Positions 19,527-30,006 are shown, counted from the stretch's first letter. The stretch is DNA of 32,000 bases from Synechococcus sp. A15-28 (GCF_014280175.1 NZ_CP047931.1:2309587-2341586); one strand, 5' to 3'. The notes: a model not told the origin generated them from the sequence alone. Program-made: numbers and translations.

Positions 19527-21688
19527 CTGGGAAAGCGGAAGTGACTCAATCCATCCAGCACGGCCGCAAGGCTGGGATGACCTGAGAACAGCACCCGTTT
19601 CTGCTGGGGATGCCGCACAAGGCAGGAATCATGGTCTGCCGGCACCACCGTCGCGGGCAGACCCCGGAGCAGCTCTCCATCTCCCTGCTGACTCGCCATC
19701 ACCATCACGTTCTCCAGGGGCAGCTCCCATTGCAGAGCGAGGTGACGAATAGCCTCACCGCGGGATGCCAGCCGGGGCAGGACATCGAGGTACCAATGGC
19801 AGCGCCGTTGAGGCCGGGCCGACAGCCCCTCCCGCCTCAACCTCTGACGCACATGATTCAACACCGATGCATCAGGTTGACGCTGCAGGTAACTCAGCTT
19901 CCAGGGCCCCTGATGCTCCTCGGTCTGGGGTTCTAGAAGGTCATGGAGATCATCCATCACTGCCTTGACTGAGGCGCGGTCCCAGTCGGCACTGATCTGC
20001 CGCTCCCAGGTTTGATCGAGCTGCAGATCCTCCCCCAGGTGAATCTCACTCCCCGCCCGGCTGATCCAGACCAACGGCGATGGCAAATGCAGATCGCCAT
20101 AGCGCTGCTGAGCCGCCGCCAGGGATCGACCGGTCAGGATCCCCAGGCCGTAGCGCTGACCATCGCGTTCCAGTTGGCTGCGCAGTGCCGTCAGCGAAGG
20201 TCCATCAGGCAGATCCAGGGTGCTGTCGAGATCGAGCAACAGCAGATGATCCGGTCGCTGCAACGTCGCCGGAGAACCCTGAGGCTTCGAACGGGCTGAT
20301 GGACGCTGATTCAACTGGGCTTGCATCAATCCCAGGTAACGGCAGACATGGGCATCCCAGCTGAAATGTCGCGACACCGCTTCCACGCCGTTGTCGCTCC
20401 AGCGCCGCCAACGACTGGCATCCTTACCGGCCCGCTCCAGCGCCTCCTGCAACGCTCCGGCATCGGTCACATCCACCAACAGACCGTTCTCACAGCGGGC
20501 CTGAATGTCTCGAGGACCACCGTCATCCGTCGCAACCATCGGCAGACCACAGGCCGCGGCCTCCAGCAGCGTGAGACCGAATGGCTCCGTCAGCGCTGGA
20601 TTGACGAACACACCTTGCCGTTGGGCAGCCCAGCGGTAAAAGGCCGGCACCTGGCAACGGCGATGCTGCTTCGGGTACGCGACGGAGCCGTAAAGGTCAT
20701 AGCGATCGACAAGATCGAACACCTGCTGGAACACATCCCGTTGCTGCTTCTCCAGCTGTCGGGGATCGTCCCGACACCCCAGCACCAGCACGAGGTTGTG
20801 GCGGTCGCGCAACACCGATGAGGCACCGAAGGCCTCCAGCAGGGCCGGGATGTTCTTGCGGCGGACGGCACGGGAAATCGCCAGCAACGGTGGCTTGTTG
20901 GGATCGCGAAGAAAGGGGCAAAGCAACTGATCCAACGCATCCCCTTCCGCTTCCGCTGCCACGGGATGAAAGCGTCCGGCATCCACGCCGGGCGGAATCA
21001 CCTGGGCAAGATCACGACGGAACTGGGCATAGCGGGCGTATTGCAGGTCCGCTTCCTGCTGCGTGCTGGTGATCACCAGATCCGCCTGGGTCAGAGCCTG
21101 CTCCTCCGCATCAATGCGTCGGCTCATGGCATAAGCCTGCTCAATCTGTTGACGATCGCCACCGCCGGCGAGAAGACGACGTTGCTTTTCCCGTCCGAGG
21201 GAATGACCGGTGAACACCAGGGGGAGATCAAGCCGTTGGCTCACCAGGGCCCCGACAAACCCCGCATCGGCGTAGTGGGCATGGATCCAGTCCACCTCCT
21301 GACCGGGCTGGCTGAGGTGATACACGAGCTGATCGGCAAGATCCTCCAGATGTGGCCACAGCTGTTCCTTGCGCAGATAGCGCTTCGGACCAAACGGAAA
21401 ACGCAGGATGCGAGCGTCGGGAGCCATCACCTCCACAGAACGGCCATAGTCAGCAGCAACCCGACGGTCCTGCACAAGACGGGTCACCACATCGACCCGC
21501 TCAACCTCAGGACGCTGGGCCAGGCTTCGGACCAGATCGAGGACGTAGAGCGTTTGGCCGCCGGTATCCGCGTCACGACCAAGCTCAAGATCCCGTGAAC
21601 GGAACAGACCGTGCAAGTGCAGATGAAGGACGCGGACACCCCTTCCCATTGCTGCGATCCATCGAACATCGACGGTGTCAAAGGACAC
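19517..21688 (-). CDS. sps: sucrose-phosphate synthase (GT-B glycosyltransferase domain plus C-terminal SPP-like HAD domain)
   Basis: 723 aa. The N-terminal half has HLHGLFR...GGQTLYV and EPFGLTLLEAAACGLP. The C-terminal half has the HAD-like LLLLDLDSTL. An alternative start is the ATG at 21649 (MGRGVRVLHL). Confidence 0.85.
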   Translation of the reverse strand: MSFDTVDVRWIAAMGRGVRVLHLHLHGLFRSRDLELGRDADTGGQTLYVLDLVRSLAQRPEVERVDVVTRLVQDRRVAADYGRSVEVMAPDARILRFPFGPKRYLRKEQLWPHLEDLADQLVYHLSQPGQEVDWIHAHYADAGFVGALVSQRLDLPLVFTGHSLGREKQRRLLAGGGDRQQIEQAYAMSRRIDAEEQALTQADLVITSTQQEADLQYARYAQFRRDLAQVIPPGVDAGRFHPVAAEAEGDALDQLLCPFLRDPNKPPLLAISRAVRRKNIPALLEAFGASSVLRDRHNLVLVLGCRDDPRQLEKQQRDVFQQVFDLVDRYDLYGSVAYPKQHRRCQVPAFYRWAAQRQGVFVNPALTEPFGLTLLEAAACGLPMVATDDGGPRDIQARCENGLLVDVTDAGALQEALERAGKDASRWRRWSDNGVEAVSRHFSWDAHVCRYLGLMQAQLNQRPSARSKPQGSPATLQRPDHLLLLDLDSTLDLPDGPSLTALRSQLERDGQRYGLGILTGRSLAAAQQRYGDLHLPSPLVWISRAGSEIHLGEDLQLDQTWERQISADWDRASVKAVMDDLHDLLEPQTEEHQGPWKLSYLQRQPDASVLNHVRQRLRREGLSARPQRRCHWYLDVLPRLASRGEAIRHLALQWELPLENVMVMASQQGDGELLRGLPATVVPADHDSCLVRHPQQKRVLFSGHPSLAAVLDGLSHFRFPSQR

Positions 21689-21853
21689 CGTTGCTTTGTC
21701 TCTAGGGAGAAAAAACGAGCCGAAAGTTGAAAAAAATGTGACGGATCGACGTTCAAACGTGCCTTGGTTTGTCGAAAACAGTGATCAACACTGACATTCA
21801 GGAACCTCTGCTGAACGCATCAACCAAGGATCAATTGTGAAGAACAAGCAATG
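21689..21853 (-). promoter_or_regulatory. AT-rich intergenic region upstream of sps; probable promoter/operator region and end of the uvrA-hydrolase transcript
   Basis: The region is visibly lower in GC than its flanks, with A/T runs. It contains the inverted repeats CAGTG-N5-CACTG (21779..21793) and CTGACATT...AATGTCAG (21791..21798 / 21850..21857). No -35/-10 pair could be assigned with confidence. Confidence 0.4.
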
Positions 21854-23350
21854 TCAGAGCTTGTTGCTGACATCCACCAGATCCACTTGATCATCACCCC
21901 AACCACCGCCACTGAAGCTGACGGCACCATTCACCCCCAGCTGCTCATTGATCCAACCCAGCATCACTGGCCCCACCAGCGCTGGACGCTCCTCCCCTTG
22001 AAAACTGCGCAGGCTGAAGTGGTCAGCACCGTTCACCAGCACCAGCCGATGGCCCAGCTGAGCAGCCTTGGTATCTCGCATCGGGGAGATCGCCTCGGGT
22101 CCTGAAGGAACCACCCAATCGCGGGTTCCACTGATCAACAGCACCTTGGAACTGAGGCTGGTGGAGCTGGAGGGTTCAAACAGAAGACGCAAGGGGGGGC
22201 TGACCGCAACGACAGCCTTCACCCGTTGATCGGCAACACCTGCTCTGTTGATGCCGCTGAACCAGCTGCACTGGAGCACCCAGCTCAGGTTGCGCTCGGG
22301 GTGGCGAAGATCGTTGCAACGGTCCTTGAGTTTGCGTTCAGTAGGAACGCCACCTGAAAGCTGGAGTGTTGTGGTGGCGCCCCAGGAATGGCCCACCACA
22401 GCCACAGCCTTCGTGTTCAAAACCCGACCCTTCAACAGGCGGCCGGACTCGACGGCATCGAGCAGGGCTGACACATCCAGAGGACGCAGGCGCAATTCCT
22501 CCGGCCCCGGAGGCGGCCGATCCCCCGCCAACATCGCCCTCTGCTGATTGAAATCGCTGCCGGGATGATCCGGCAGAAGCACTGTGTAACCCTGAGCCGC
22601 CAACACCTCGCCCCATCCTTCGAACGATTCAGGGTCATCCCAGAGGCCATGGGAGATCACCACCAGACGCCCGTTGGCCGAGCTAGCCGGCACCAGCGTC
22701 AGCACCCTGAGTGATTCCGGACGATGGGTCACGGAAAGGCGAATGACCTGGCGGGTCCAGGACGGCTTCAACGGAGCCCGCAACGTTGGCGTGACCGTTG
22801 CAGCGGGCCCAGCCTTGACCAGGGCAACACCCTGCTCCTGATTGGCTTTGAGTCGGTTAGCCGCGTCAGCCACCCGAGACAGATCAATGGACGCCTGCTC
22901 ACCGGGGAGCTCCCGCAGGAAGCCAAGCACATTGGGTTGACCCTTGCGTTCCGCCCGCACCAGAGCATCCGTCAACATCCGACCGCTGGTATCGGTGTCG
23001 ACGCCCTCGAGTTCAACGAGATCCGTTGCAGCGAGCAGGGCCTGCTCAAGAAGCGGCTGACCGGTGGACCCCTCCAGGAAGGCCTTGGTCTCCACCGGCA
23101 ACGGTGCCAGGAACACCTTGCCGATCAGATCGAGAAGCTTGCCGCCGCTGGCTGATTGAAGGTCAGCAAGATCAGGGCTGGACTGAATCAGTTCCTCTGC
23201 AGTCCCGGACTCTGCGAGGTTGATGGTGACACTCGTCTCCAGGAACGGCATCCGCAGCACCAGGCGATCAAGCGCCTGGGCAGGCGCAGACATCCCTGCC
23301 AGAGCCAGGCCCCCTATGACGGCAGCCAAACGGGTTCCACAGCGCGTCAT
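21854..23350 (-). CDS. secreted alpha/beta hydrolase with an N-terminal DUF1400-like domain
   Basis: 498 aa. It has a signal peptide (LAAVIGGLALAGMSAPAQA), a DUF1400-like N-terminal domain, and a hydrolase domain with the nucleophile elbow VVGHSWG. Its ATG shares one base with the uvrA stop (TGATG). Confidence 0.7.
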   Translation of the reverse strand: MTRCGTRLAAVIGGLALAGMSAPAQALDRLVLRMPFLETSVTINLAESGTAEELIQSSPDLADLQSASGGKLLDLIGKVFLAPLPVETKAFLEGSTGQPLLEQALLAATDLVELEGVDTDTSGRMLTDALVRAERKGQPNVLGFLRELPGEQASIDLSRVADAANRLKANQEQGVALVKAGPAATVTPTLRAPLKPSWTRQVIRLSVTHRPESLRVLTLVPASSANGRLVVISHGLWDDPESFEGWGEVLAAQGYTVLLPDHPGSDFNQQRAMLAGDRPPPGPEELRLRPLDVSALLDAVESGRLLKGRVLNTKAVAVVGHSWGATTTLQLSGGVPTERKLKDRCNDLRHPERNLSWVLQCSWFSGINRAGVADQRVKAVVAVSPPLRLLFEPSSSTSLSSKVLLISGTRDWVVPSGPEAISPMRDTKAAQLGHRLVLVNGADHFSLRSFQGEERPALVGPVMLGWINEQLGVNGAVSFSGGGWGDDQVDLVDVSNKL

Positions 23351-26322
23351 CAGGCGGCGATCAGGGTGATCTCCGGCGGATGCTGCTCCAAAACACGACT
23401 GAGATAGCGGCCTGTGTGACTGGTTGGATGCTGGGCCACCTCTTCCGGGGTACCGGTCACCAGGAGCTCGCCACCCTTGTCGCCACCCTCGGGTCCAAGG
23501 TCAATGATCCAATCAGAACAACGGATCACATCCAGGTTGTGCTCGATGCAGATGATCGAATTGCCCTTATCGACGAGACGCTGCATCACATCCATCAATT
23601 TGTGCACGTCGTAAAAACTCAGACCCGTGGTGGGTTCGTCGATCAGATAAAGGGTTTTTCCCGTCGCCCGACGTGACAACTCCGTCGCCAATTTCACCCG
23701 CTGCGCTTCGCCACCGGAGAGGGTCGGAGCCGGCTGGCCAAGCTTCACGTATCCGAGACCGACATCCACCAGGGTGCGCAATCGATCCGCCGCCTGCGGA
23801 ATCGCGTCGAACACCTCAGCGGCTTGCTCCACGGTCATTTGAAGCACATCGGCAATGGTGTGCCCCTTGTATTTGACCTGCAACGTCTCGCGGTTGAAGC
23901 GTGCCCCCTTGCAGACGTCGCACTGGACATAGACGTCCGGAAGGAAATTCATCTCAATCACATTCACGCCCTGGCCGCGGCAGGCCTCACAACGTCCTCC
24001 CTTGACGTTGAAACTGAACTGTCCCACCTGATAACCACGGGCCTTGGCTTCCACCGTGGCGGCGAACACCTGACGGATCGGATCGAACGCTCCGGTGTAA
24101 GTGGCCGGGTTGGAACGCGGTGTGCGGCCGATCGGGCTCTGATCGATCACGATCACCTTGTCGATCGACTTCAGCCCCCGCAATTCACCAAGGCCCTGCG
24201 GGAAGGGAACCTTGAGCCCAAGACCGTTCTCCAGAGCCGGGTGGAGCAGCTCATTCACCAGGGTGCTCTTGCCGCTGCCACTGACCCCTGTAACCGACAC
24301 CAACCGACCGAGGGGAAACTCAACGCTGACGTTCTTGAGGTTGTTGCGGTTGCAATCGAGCAATTTGAGCGAACGGGTCCCGCTCTGGCGTCGTTCCGCC
24401 GGGGTCGGGATCGAACGGCGACCGCTGAGGTAGGCACCCGTCAGAGACTCCTCACTGGCGACCAGATCCTCAAAGGAGCCCTCCGCCACGATGTGACCGC
24501 CGTGGACGCCCGCACCTGGACCGATGTCCACCACATGGTCGGCAGCACGGATGGTGTCCTCGTCGTGCTCCACCACCACCAGGGTGTTCCCCAGGTCGCG
24601 AAGCCGCACCAGGGTGTTGAGCAGACGGTCGTTATCCCGCTGATGCAGACCGATGCTCGGCTCATCCAGCACATACAGAACACCGGTGAGACCAGCACCA
24701 ATCTGGGTGGCCAGTCGGATCCGCTGAGCCTCACCGCCGGACAGGGTCATCGCCGGTCGATCCAGGCTCAGGTAATCGAGACCCACATCCAGCAGAAACT
24801 TCAGGCGCAGGCGGATTTCCCGCAGCACCAGATCTCCGATCTGAATCTGACGCTCATTCAGCAGCGGCTTGGCTCCCTCATGGCTGCCAACCCCCATCAA
24901 CCGCTCGATGCGTTCCAGGGTCTGACCGACGCTGACGGCCGTGAGCTCAGGAATGCAGAAGGGTCCGACCTTGACCGCGAGGGCCTCCGGTCGCAGCCGC
25001 TGGCCAGCGCAGCCTTCACAAGGCACCAACTCGAGGAATTTCTCAAGTTTCTGTCGCTGCGCCTCACCACTGGCATCGCGCAATTGACGCTCGAGGATCG
25101 GCAGGATCCCCTCGAAGGGCCGGTTGTAGCCACCTTTTCCCTTTCGATAGCGACTGTCCGCCTGAATCAGGATCGGATCGCGACTGCCGTGCAGCAACAC
25201 GTCCTGCTGCTCATCAGTCAGCTGGTTCCAGGGGGTTTTGATCTCGAAGCCAAAGGCCTCACCCACGGAATACAGCAGTGAGAAGTAGTAGCTGTTGTCC
25301 TTTTCAGCCCAGGGAGCCACTGCGGAGTACACCGGCTGAGTGGGATCAGGAATCACCCGGTCCACGGTGAACTTGCGCAGATGACCGATGCCATGGCAGG
25401 CCTCGCAAGCCCCGTAAGGGCTGTTGAACGAGAACAAGCGCGGCGACAGTTCCTCCATCACCGCACCGTGCACCGGGCACGCGAATTTCTCGGAGTAGAG
25501 ACGCTCCCGCTCGACACCGTCGGGAAGCTCCTCCCCCTTCTTGGGCACCACTTCCACCAAAGCGAGGCCGTCCCCACGTTTGAGAACAGTGCGCAGTGAA
25601 TCGGTGAGTCGTTCCTGGATCCCCTCACGGGCCACCAGACGATCGACCACCACCTCGATGTTGTGGCTGTGGTTCTTGTCGAGCTCGATGTTGTCGCCCA
25701 GTTCCCGGACTTCGCCATCGATACGCACCCGAGCAAACCCTTCGGCGGCAAGTCCGCTGATCAATTTGGTGTGGGTGCCCTTCTTGCCCCGCACCACGGG
25801 AGCCAGCAGCTGATAACGGGTACCCTCCGGCAGCAGCAGGATCTGATCGACCATCTCGTCGATGCTCTGAGGGCGGATCGAGCGCTCGCACTGGGGACAG
25901 TGGGGCTCACCGGCACGACCGAACAACAGACGCAGGTAGTCCTGAATTTCCGTGACCGTGCCAACGGTGGAGCGGGGGTTGTGACTGGTGGATTTCTGAT
26001 CGATCGAAATCGCCGGAGACAGACCCTCGATGGCATCCACATCCGGTTTGTCCACCTGGCCGAGGAACTGCCGGGCGTAGGCCGACAGGCTCTCGACGTA
26101 GCGGCGCTGACCCTCCGCAAAAATCGTGTCGAACGCCAGCGAACTCTTGCCGCTGCCACTGACACCGGTGAACACCACCAGCTTGTTGCGGGGGATGGTG
26201 ACGTCGACGTTCTTGAGGTTGTGCTGGCGCGCACCCCGCACCCGGATCACATCCTCCAGGCTGCCGCCGGACAGATTCACAGGAGTCTTCCGATCAGTGC
26301 TCTTGGCAGCAGCTCGCACCAT
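23350..26322 (-). CDS. uvrA: excinuclease ABC subunit A
   Basis: 990 aa. It has two ABC modules (GVSGSGKSSLAFDT and GVSGSGKSTLVNE, each with an LSGGEAQR signature) and Cys-rich zinc modules. Confidence 0.97.
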   Translation of the reverse strand: MVRAAAKSTDRKTPVNLSGGSLEDVIRVRGARQHNLKNVDVTIPRNKLVVFTGVSGSGKSSLAFDTIFAEGQRRYVESLSAYARQFLGQVDKPDVDAIEGLSPAISIDQKSTSHNPRSTVGTVTEIQDYLRLLFGRAGEPHCPQCERSIRPQSIDEMVDQILLLPEGTRYQLLAPVVRGKKGTHTKLISGLAAEGFARVRIDGEVRELGDNIELDKNHSHNIEVVVDRLVAREGIQERLTDSLRTVLKRGDGLALVEVVPKKGEELPDGVERERLYSEKFACPVHGAVMEELSPRLFSFNSPYGACEACHGIGHLRKFTVDRVIPDPTQPVYSAVAPWAEKDNSYYFSLLYSVGEAFGFEIKTPWNQLTDEQQDVLLHGSRDPILIQADSRYRKGKGGYNRPFEGILPILERQLRDASGEAQRQKLEKFLELVPCEGCAGQRLRPEALAVKVGPFCIPELTAVSVGQTLERIERLMGVGSHEGAKPLLNERQIQIGDLVLREIRLRLKFLLDVGLDYLSLDRPAMTLSGGEAQRIRLATQIGAGLTGVLYVLDEPSIGLHQRDNDRLLNTLVRLRDLGNTLVVVEHDEDTIRAADHVVDIGPGAGVHGGHIVAEGSFEDLVASEESLTGAYLSGRRSIPTPAERRQSGTRSLKLLDCNRNNLKNVSVEFPLGRLVSVTGVSGSGKSTLVNELLHPALENGLGLKVPFPQGLGELRGLKSIDKVIVIDQSPIGRTPRSNPATYTGAFDPIRQVFAATVEAKARGYQVGQFSFNVKGGRCEACRGQGVNVIEMNFLPDVYVQCDVCKGARFNRETLQVKYKGHTIADVLQMTVEQAAEVFDAIPQAADRLRTLVDVGLGYVKLGQPAPTLSGGEAQRVKLATELSRRATGKTLYLIDEPTTGLSFYDVHKLMDVMQRLVDKGNSIICIEHNLDVIRCSDWIIDLGPEGGDKGGELLVTGTPEEVAQHPTSHTGRYLSRVLEQHPPEITLIAA

Positions 26323-26367
26323 CGGGCACCGATTGAAAGCACATGAGCTTAAGAAGAACGGCTGCGC

Positions 26368-28050
26368 TCAGGCCGAACGCTGGGCCAGGAGGCTGGCTGC
26401 ATAAAGATCAGCCTGATCGCCGCCAGCCAGTTCAGCCAGTTCCTGTCGACGCTCCCGAGTGTCCCGCAGCTGGGACACTCGCGAATAGGTGACGCCTTCG
26501 TCCACCTCCTTGCTGACCCTGAAGTGGTGATCCGCCACCGCCGCCACCAGCGGCTGATGGGTGACGCAGAACACCTGACGTTGCTCACCAAGGCTGCGCA
26601 GCAGATCAGCCATCGCTCCACTGACGCGACCACTCACACCCGCATCGATCTCATCGAACAGCAGCGTGCTGGAGCCATCGACAGCAGCGAGGGTGGTCTT
26701 CAAGGCCAGGAGGAAACGCGACATCTCGCCTCCGGACGCCACCTCCGTCAGCGGTGCCATCGGTTGACCGGGATTGGCGGAGAACAGAAAGCAGACGGCA
26801 TCCGCTCCGTGGTCCGCAGGATCCGCCGCTCGCAAATCCACCTTGAAACGCACGTTAGCCAGGCCCATCGGTGGCAAGAGCTCGAGCAGGGATGCCTGAA
26901 GAGCAACAGCAGCCTCAGAACGGGCCTGACGCAGGGCGTTATTGGCCTGATCCCGTTGCTGGCGCTGGGACAGTTCAACCAACCTCAGCCGCTCAAGATC
27001 CGCTGCGAATCCCCCATCCCCCAGCCTTTGCCTGAGGGCGTCGCGACGGTCGATCAACCCCGCAAGATCAAGACCATGGCGTCGCTGTAAACGCTTCAGA
27101 TCCGCCAGACGCTCCTGGATCCGATCGAGGTGCTCCGGGTCACTCTCCAAAGCCAGACCGTAGTGATCGAGGCAACGCAACAGCTCCTCAACATTCGCCT
27201 CCAGATCGAGGGCTTGATCCCGCAACTCCACCAGAGAGCTGTCGAGCTGAGCCATCGATTGCAGCTCCTGGACCGAAGCAGCGAGATGGTCCTGCAGCGA
27301 AGGTGCCTGCTCTGCACCATCCCTCAACCGACGGAACAACTGCGCCAGCCCCTCCTGCAGGCGCACGCCATGAACCAATCGATCCTGCTCCTGTTCCAGC
27401 CGCTCCTGTTCACCTGGATCCTCCAGACCAGCCGCCTCAAGCTGTTCGAGCAAGGCCTCCTGGTCTGCCCGTTCCTCCTCGGAACGCTGCTGTTCCCGCT
27501 CAACGGCCTCAAGTGCCGCGGCTGATTCACACCACCCCTGCCAGGCCGAAGCCACATCAGCCTTCAACGCCCCCAGGGAGGAGCCACCGAGACGATCCAG
27601 CCATCGACGCTGTTGACCGGGTTTGGACAGCAATTGCGTCTGACCCTGCACCGTGAGATCAATCAGCAACGGCCGGAGGGACAGGAGCTGCTGACGGTTG
27701 ACCGGCGTGCCGTTCAAGCGCGAACGGCTGGACCAACGATCTCCGTCCTGACGTTTCCACTCCCGGCTGATGAGCAGCTCGTCCTCGGGTTCAAAGTCGG
27801 CCTCGGACAACCAGTCCCTGAGCTGGGGACTGAGCTGAAAACTGGCTTCAATCCGAGCCCGCTCCGATCCATCGCGAAGCAACCGCTGACCGGCAGCTCC
27901 CTGAGCCCCTCCAAGCACCGCATCGAGGGCATCGAGGAGGATCGATTTTCCAGCGCCGGTCTCGCCGGTGAGCACCGTGAAACCCGATTCGAACTCCAGT
28001 TCGAGCTGATCGATCAGGGCGATGTTCTGCAGCTGCAGACCGGTGAGCAC
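26368..28050 (-). CDS. recN: DNA repair protein RecN
   Basis: 560 aa, GTG start. It has Walker A GETGAGKSIL, a long coiled-coil centre, and C-terminal SGGEMSR and LLFDEIDAGVSG. Confidence 0.93.
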   Translation of the reverse strand: MLTGLQLQNIALIDQLELEFESGFTVLTGETGAGKSILLDALDAVLGGAQGAAGQRLLRDGSERARIEASFQLSPQLRDWLSEADFEPEDELLISREWKRQDGDRWSSRSRLNGTPVNRQQLLSLRPLLIDLTVQGQTQLLSKPGQQRRWLDRLGGSSLGALKADVASAWQGWCESAAALEAVEREQQRSEEERADQEALLEQLEAAGLEDPGEQERLEQEQDRLVHGVRLQEGLAQLFRRLRDGAEQAPSLQDHLAASVQELQSMAQLDSSLVELRDQALDLEANVEELLRCLDHYGLALESDPEHLDRIQERLADLKRLQRRHGLDLAGLIDRRDALRQRLGDGGFAADLERLRLVELSQRQQRDQANNALRQARSEAAVALQASLLELLPPMGLANVRFKVDLRAADPADHGADAVCFLFSANPGQPMAPLTEVASGGEMSRFLLALKTTLAAVDGSSTLLFDEIDAGVSGRVSGAMADLLRSLGEQRQVFCVTHQPLVAAVADHHFRVSKEVDEGVTYSRVSQLRDTRERRQELAELAGGDQADLYAASLLAQRSA

Positions 28051-28125
28051 AGCATCCCCGGTGGTGATGCTGAACGTAGCGACGGCTCGCGTCGTTTAGA
28101 AGGGGTGCATCAACCCCCTTTAACG

Positions 28126-29985
28126 ATGACAGCGGAGCTCGGGGATTTCATCGAAGCAGCTGGTCTGCTCGAGTACGACCCCGCTGCCATCACCAGGATT
28201 TATGCAGGCCATCCCCAGCGGCTGATCCGCCGTTTGTGGCAGACCCTGGTTCCGATTGGACTGCTGTTGCTCGGTGTGGCCTTCGACTGGATCTTCCAGT
28301 TGCTGAACGACGAGGAACGGGCCCGAAGCCGCGCCCGTGAATGTGCGGAGCTTCTGGTGGATCTGGGGCCAGCCTTCATCAAGGCCGGTCAGGCCCTGTC
28401 CACCCGACCCGACATCGTGCCTCCCCTGCTGTTGGAGGAACTCTCACAACTGCAGGACCAGCTGCCAGGATTCGACAGCGATCTGGCCATGGCTTGCATC
28501 GAGGAGGACCTCGGCGCGCCCGTCGACGAGATCTACGAACAACTCGACAGGGAGCCGATTTCCGCCGCGTCACTGGGTCAGGTGCACTGCGGCACACTCA
28601 GAAACGGGCAGAAGGTTGCAGTCAAAGTTCAGCGCCCGGGCCTGCGGGAACAGATCACCCTGGATCTCTACATCGTCCGCAACATCGCCGCCTGGTTAAA
28701 GAGCAACATCGGCCTGATCCGCAGTGATCTGGTCGCCCTGATCGATGAGCTGGGCAGTCGGGTGTTCGAGGAAATGGACTACCTCAACGAGGCGTCCAAC
28801 GCTGAAAAATTCGCCGAACTGCACAGCCACAACCCCCGCATTGCCGTGCCGGCCATCTTCCATGAGGCCACCAGCCGTCGGGTCCTGACGATGGAGTGGA
28901 TCGATGGGGTGAAGCTCACCAACCTCGATGCGGTCCGTCAACTGGGAGTCGATCCCGACGACATGGTGGATGTCGGTGTCAACTGCAGCTTGCAGCAGCT
29001 GCTGGAACACGGCTTTTTCCATGCCGACCCCCACCCCGGCAATCTCCTGGCTCTGGAGGACGGTCGCCTCTGTTATCTCGACTTCGGGATGATGAGCGAA
29101 GTGAGCCGCGAATCACGCACCGGCTTGATTCAGGCGGTGGTTCATTTGGTGAACCGCAACTTCGGAAAACTCTCAAAGGACTTCGTAACCCTTGGTTTTC
29201 TGGCGGAAGACGTCAATCTCGAACCGATTGTTCCCGCCTTCGAGTCGGTGTTCAGTCAAGCCCTGGAAGCAGGGGTCAACCGCATGGACTTCAAGGCCGT
29301 GACGGATGACATGTCCGGTGTGATGTACAAATTTCCCTTCCGGGTTCCTCCCTATTACGCGCTGATCATCCGCTCATTGGTCACGCTCGAGGGCATTGCC
29401 CTGTGTGTGGATCCCCAGTTCAAGATCCTCGGCGCGGCCTACCCCTATTTCGCGCGGCGACTGATGGAGGACCCCGATCCACAGCTGCGTCAGAGCCTGA
29501 AAGAAATGCTTTTCGACGGTGATGCATTCCGTTGGACCCGTCTGGAAAATCTCGTGTCCAGCGCCGCCAGCCAGGCACAACTGGATCTCGAAGCTCTCCT
29601 GGATCAGGTGTTGGATTTTCTGTTCTCCCCCAAGGCAGGTCTGCTGAGGGATCAGTTGGTGGATGCCACCGTGGATCGCCTCGACGCCATTGGCTGGTCG
29701 ACCATGCAACGACTGGGACGCCGCTTACCCAAGCGCCTTCAGCCCAGTGCCTTCCAGTCCCGGGGATTGCCCCCTGCTGACCCCCTGCTGCATCTGGAAC
29801 CGATCCGTGAACTGATCAACGTTCTTCAGTCTCTGCCGGGCTTCACCCCTGATCTTCTGCTCAAACGGATGCCGAGGTTGCTGAATGAACCGGACACACG
29901 TCGAATGGGTGTCCAGGTGGCTCAAGGTCTGGCCGAACGGGGAGTTGTCCGCCTTGTCAGGGTTGCGGCTGGAGTCCCCACCTAA
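28126..29985 (+). CDS. ABC1 (AarF/UbiB) atypical kinase family protein
   Basis: The internal ATG at 28126 of track ORF 27613..29985 gives 619 aa; the upstream part is antisense to recN. Motifs present: AFIKAGQALSTRPDIVP, ISAASLGQVH, FFHADPHPGN. Confidence 0.85.
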   Translation: MTAELGDFIEAAGLLEYDPAAITRIYAGHPQRLIRRLWQTLVPIGLLLLGVAFDWIFQLLNDEERARSRARECAELLVDLGPAFIKAGQALSTRPDIVPPLLLEELSQLQDQLPGFDSDLAMACIEEDLGAPVDEIYEQLDREPISAASLGQVHCGTLRNGQKVAVKVQRPGLREQITLDLYIVRNIAAWLKSNIGLIRSDLVALIDELGSRVFEEMDYLNEASNAEKFAELHSHNPRIAVPAIFHEATSRRVLTMEWIDGVKLTNLDAVRQLGVDPDDMVDVGVNCSLQQLLEHGFFHADPHPGNLLALEDGRLCYLDFGMMSEVSRESRTGLIQAVVHLVNRNFGKLSKDFVTLGFLAEDVNLEPIVPAFESVFSQALEAGVNRMDFKAVTDDMSGVMYKFPFRVPPYYALIIRSLVTLEGIALCVDPQFKILGAAYPYFARRLMEDPDPQLRQSLKEMLFDGDAFRWTRLENLVSSAASQAQLDLEALLDQVLDFLFSPKAGLLRDQLVDATVDRLDAIGWSTMQRLGRRLPKRLQPSAFQSRGLPPADPLLHLEPIRELINVLQSLPGFTPDLLLKRMPRLLNEPDTRRMGVQVAQGLAERGVVRLVRVAAGVPT

Positions 29986-30006
29986 GTTCTGGGCACTGCT
30001 CCAGGG

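Noticed and set aside
23824-25281. 485-aa ORF antisense to uvrA, plus similar antisense ORFs opposite the radical-SAM gene (4276..5160), pstS (9654..10598), aroE (12650..13564), mraY (16996..17850) and sps (20966..21598)
   Set aside because: All are embedded opposite well-supported genes. All have low-complexity translations, and none shows a family signature. They are treated as GC-driven artefacts.
27613-28125. 5' extension of the ABC1 kinase ORF (TTG at 27613)
   Set aside because: The extension is antisense to recN coding sequence and lacks ABC1-like sequence. The ATG at 28126 gives the expected size and leaves a sensible divergent promoter region.
28051-28125. Search for a LexA/SOS box in the recN/ABC1 divergent region and upstream of uvrA (26323..26367)
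   Set aside because: Only a GAAC half-site (GAACGTAGCGAC, about 28072..28083) and an imperfect palindrome, AGCACATGAGCT, upstream of uvrA were seen. Neither matches the RGTAC-N3-DGTWC-type cyanobacterial LexA consensus as I remember it.
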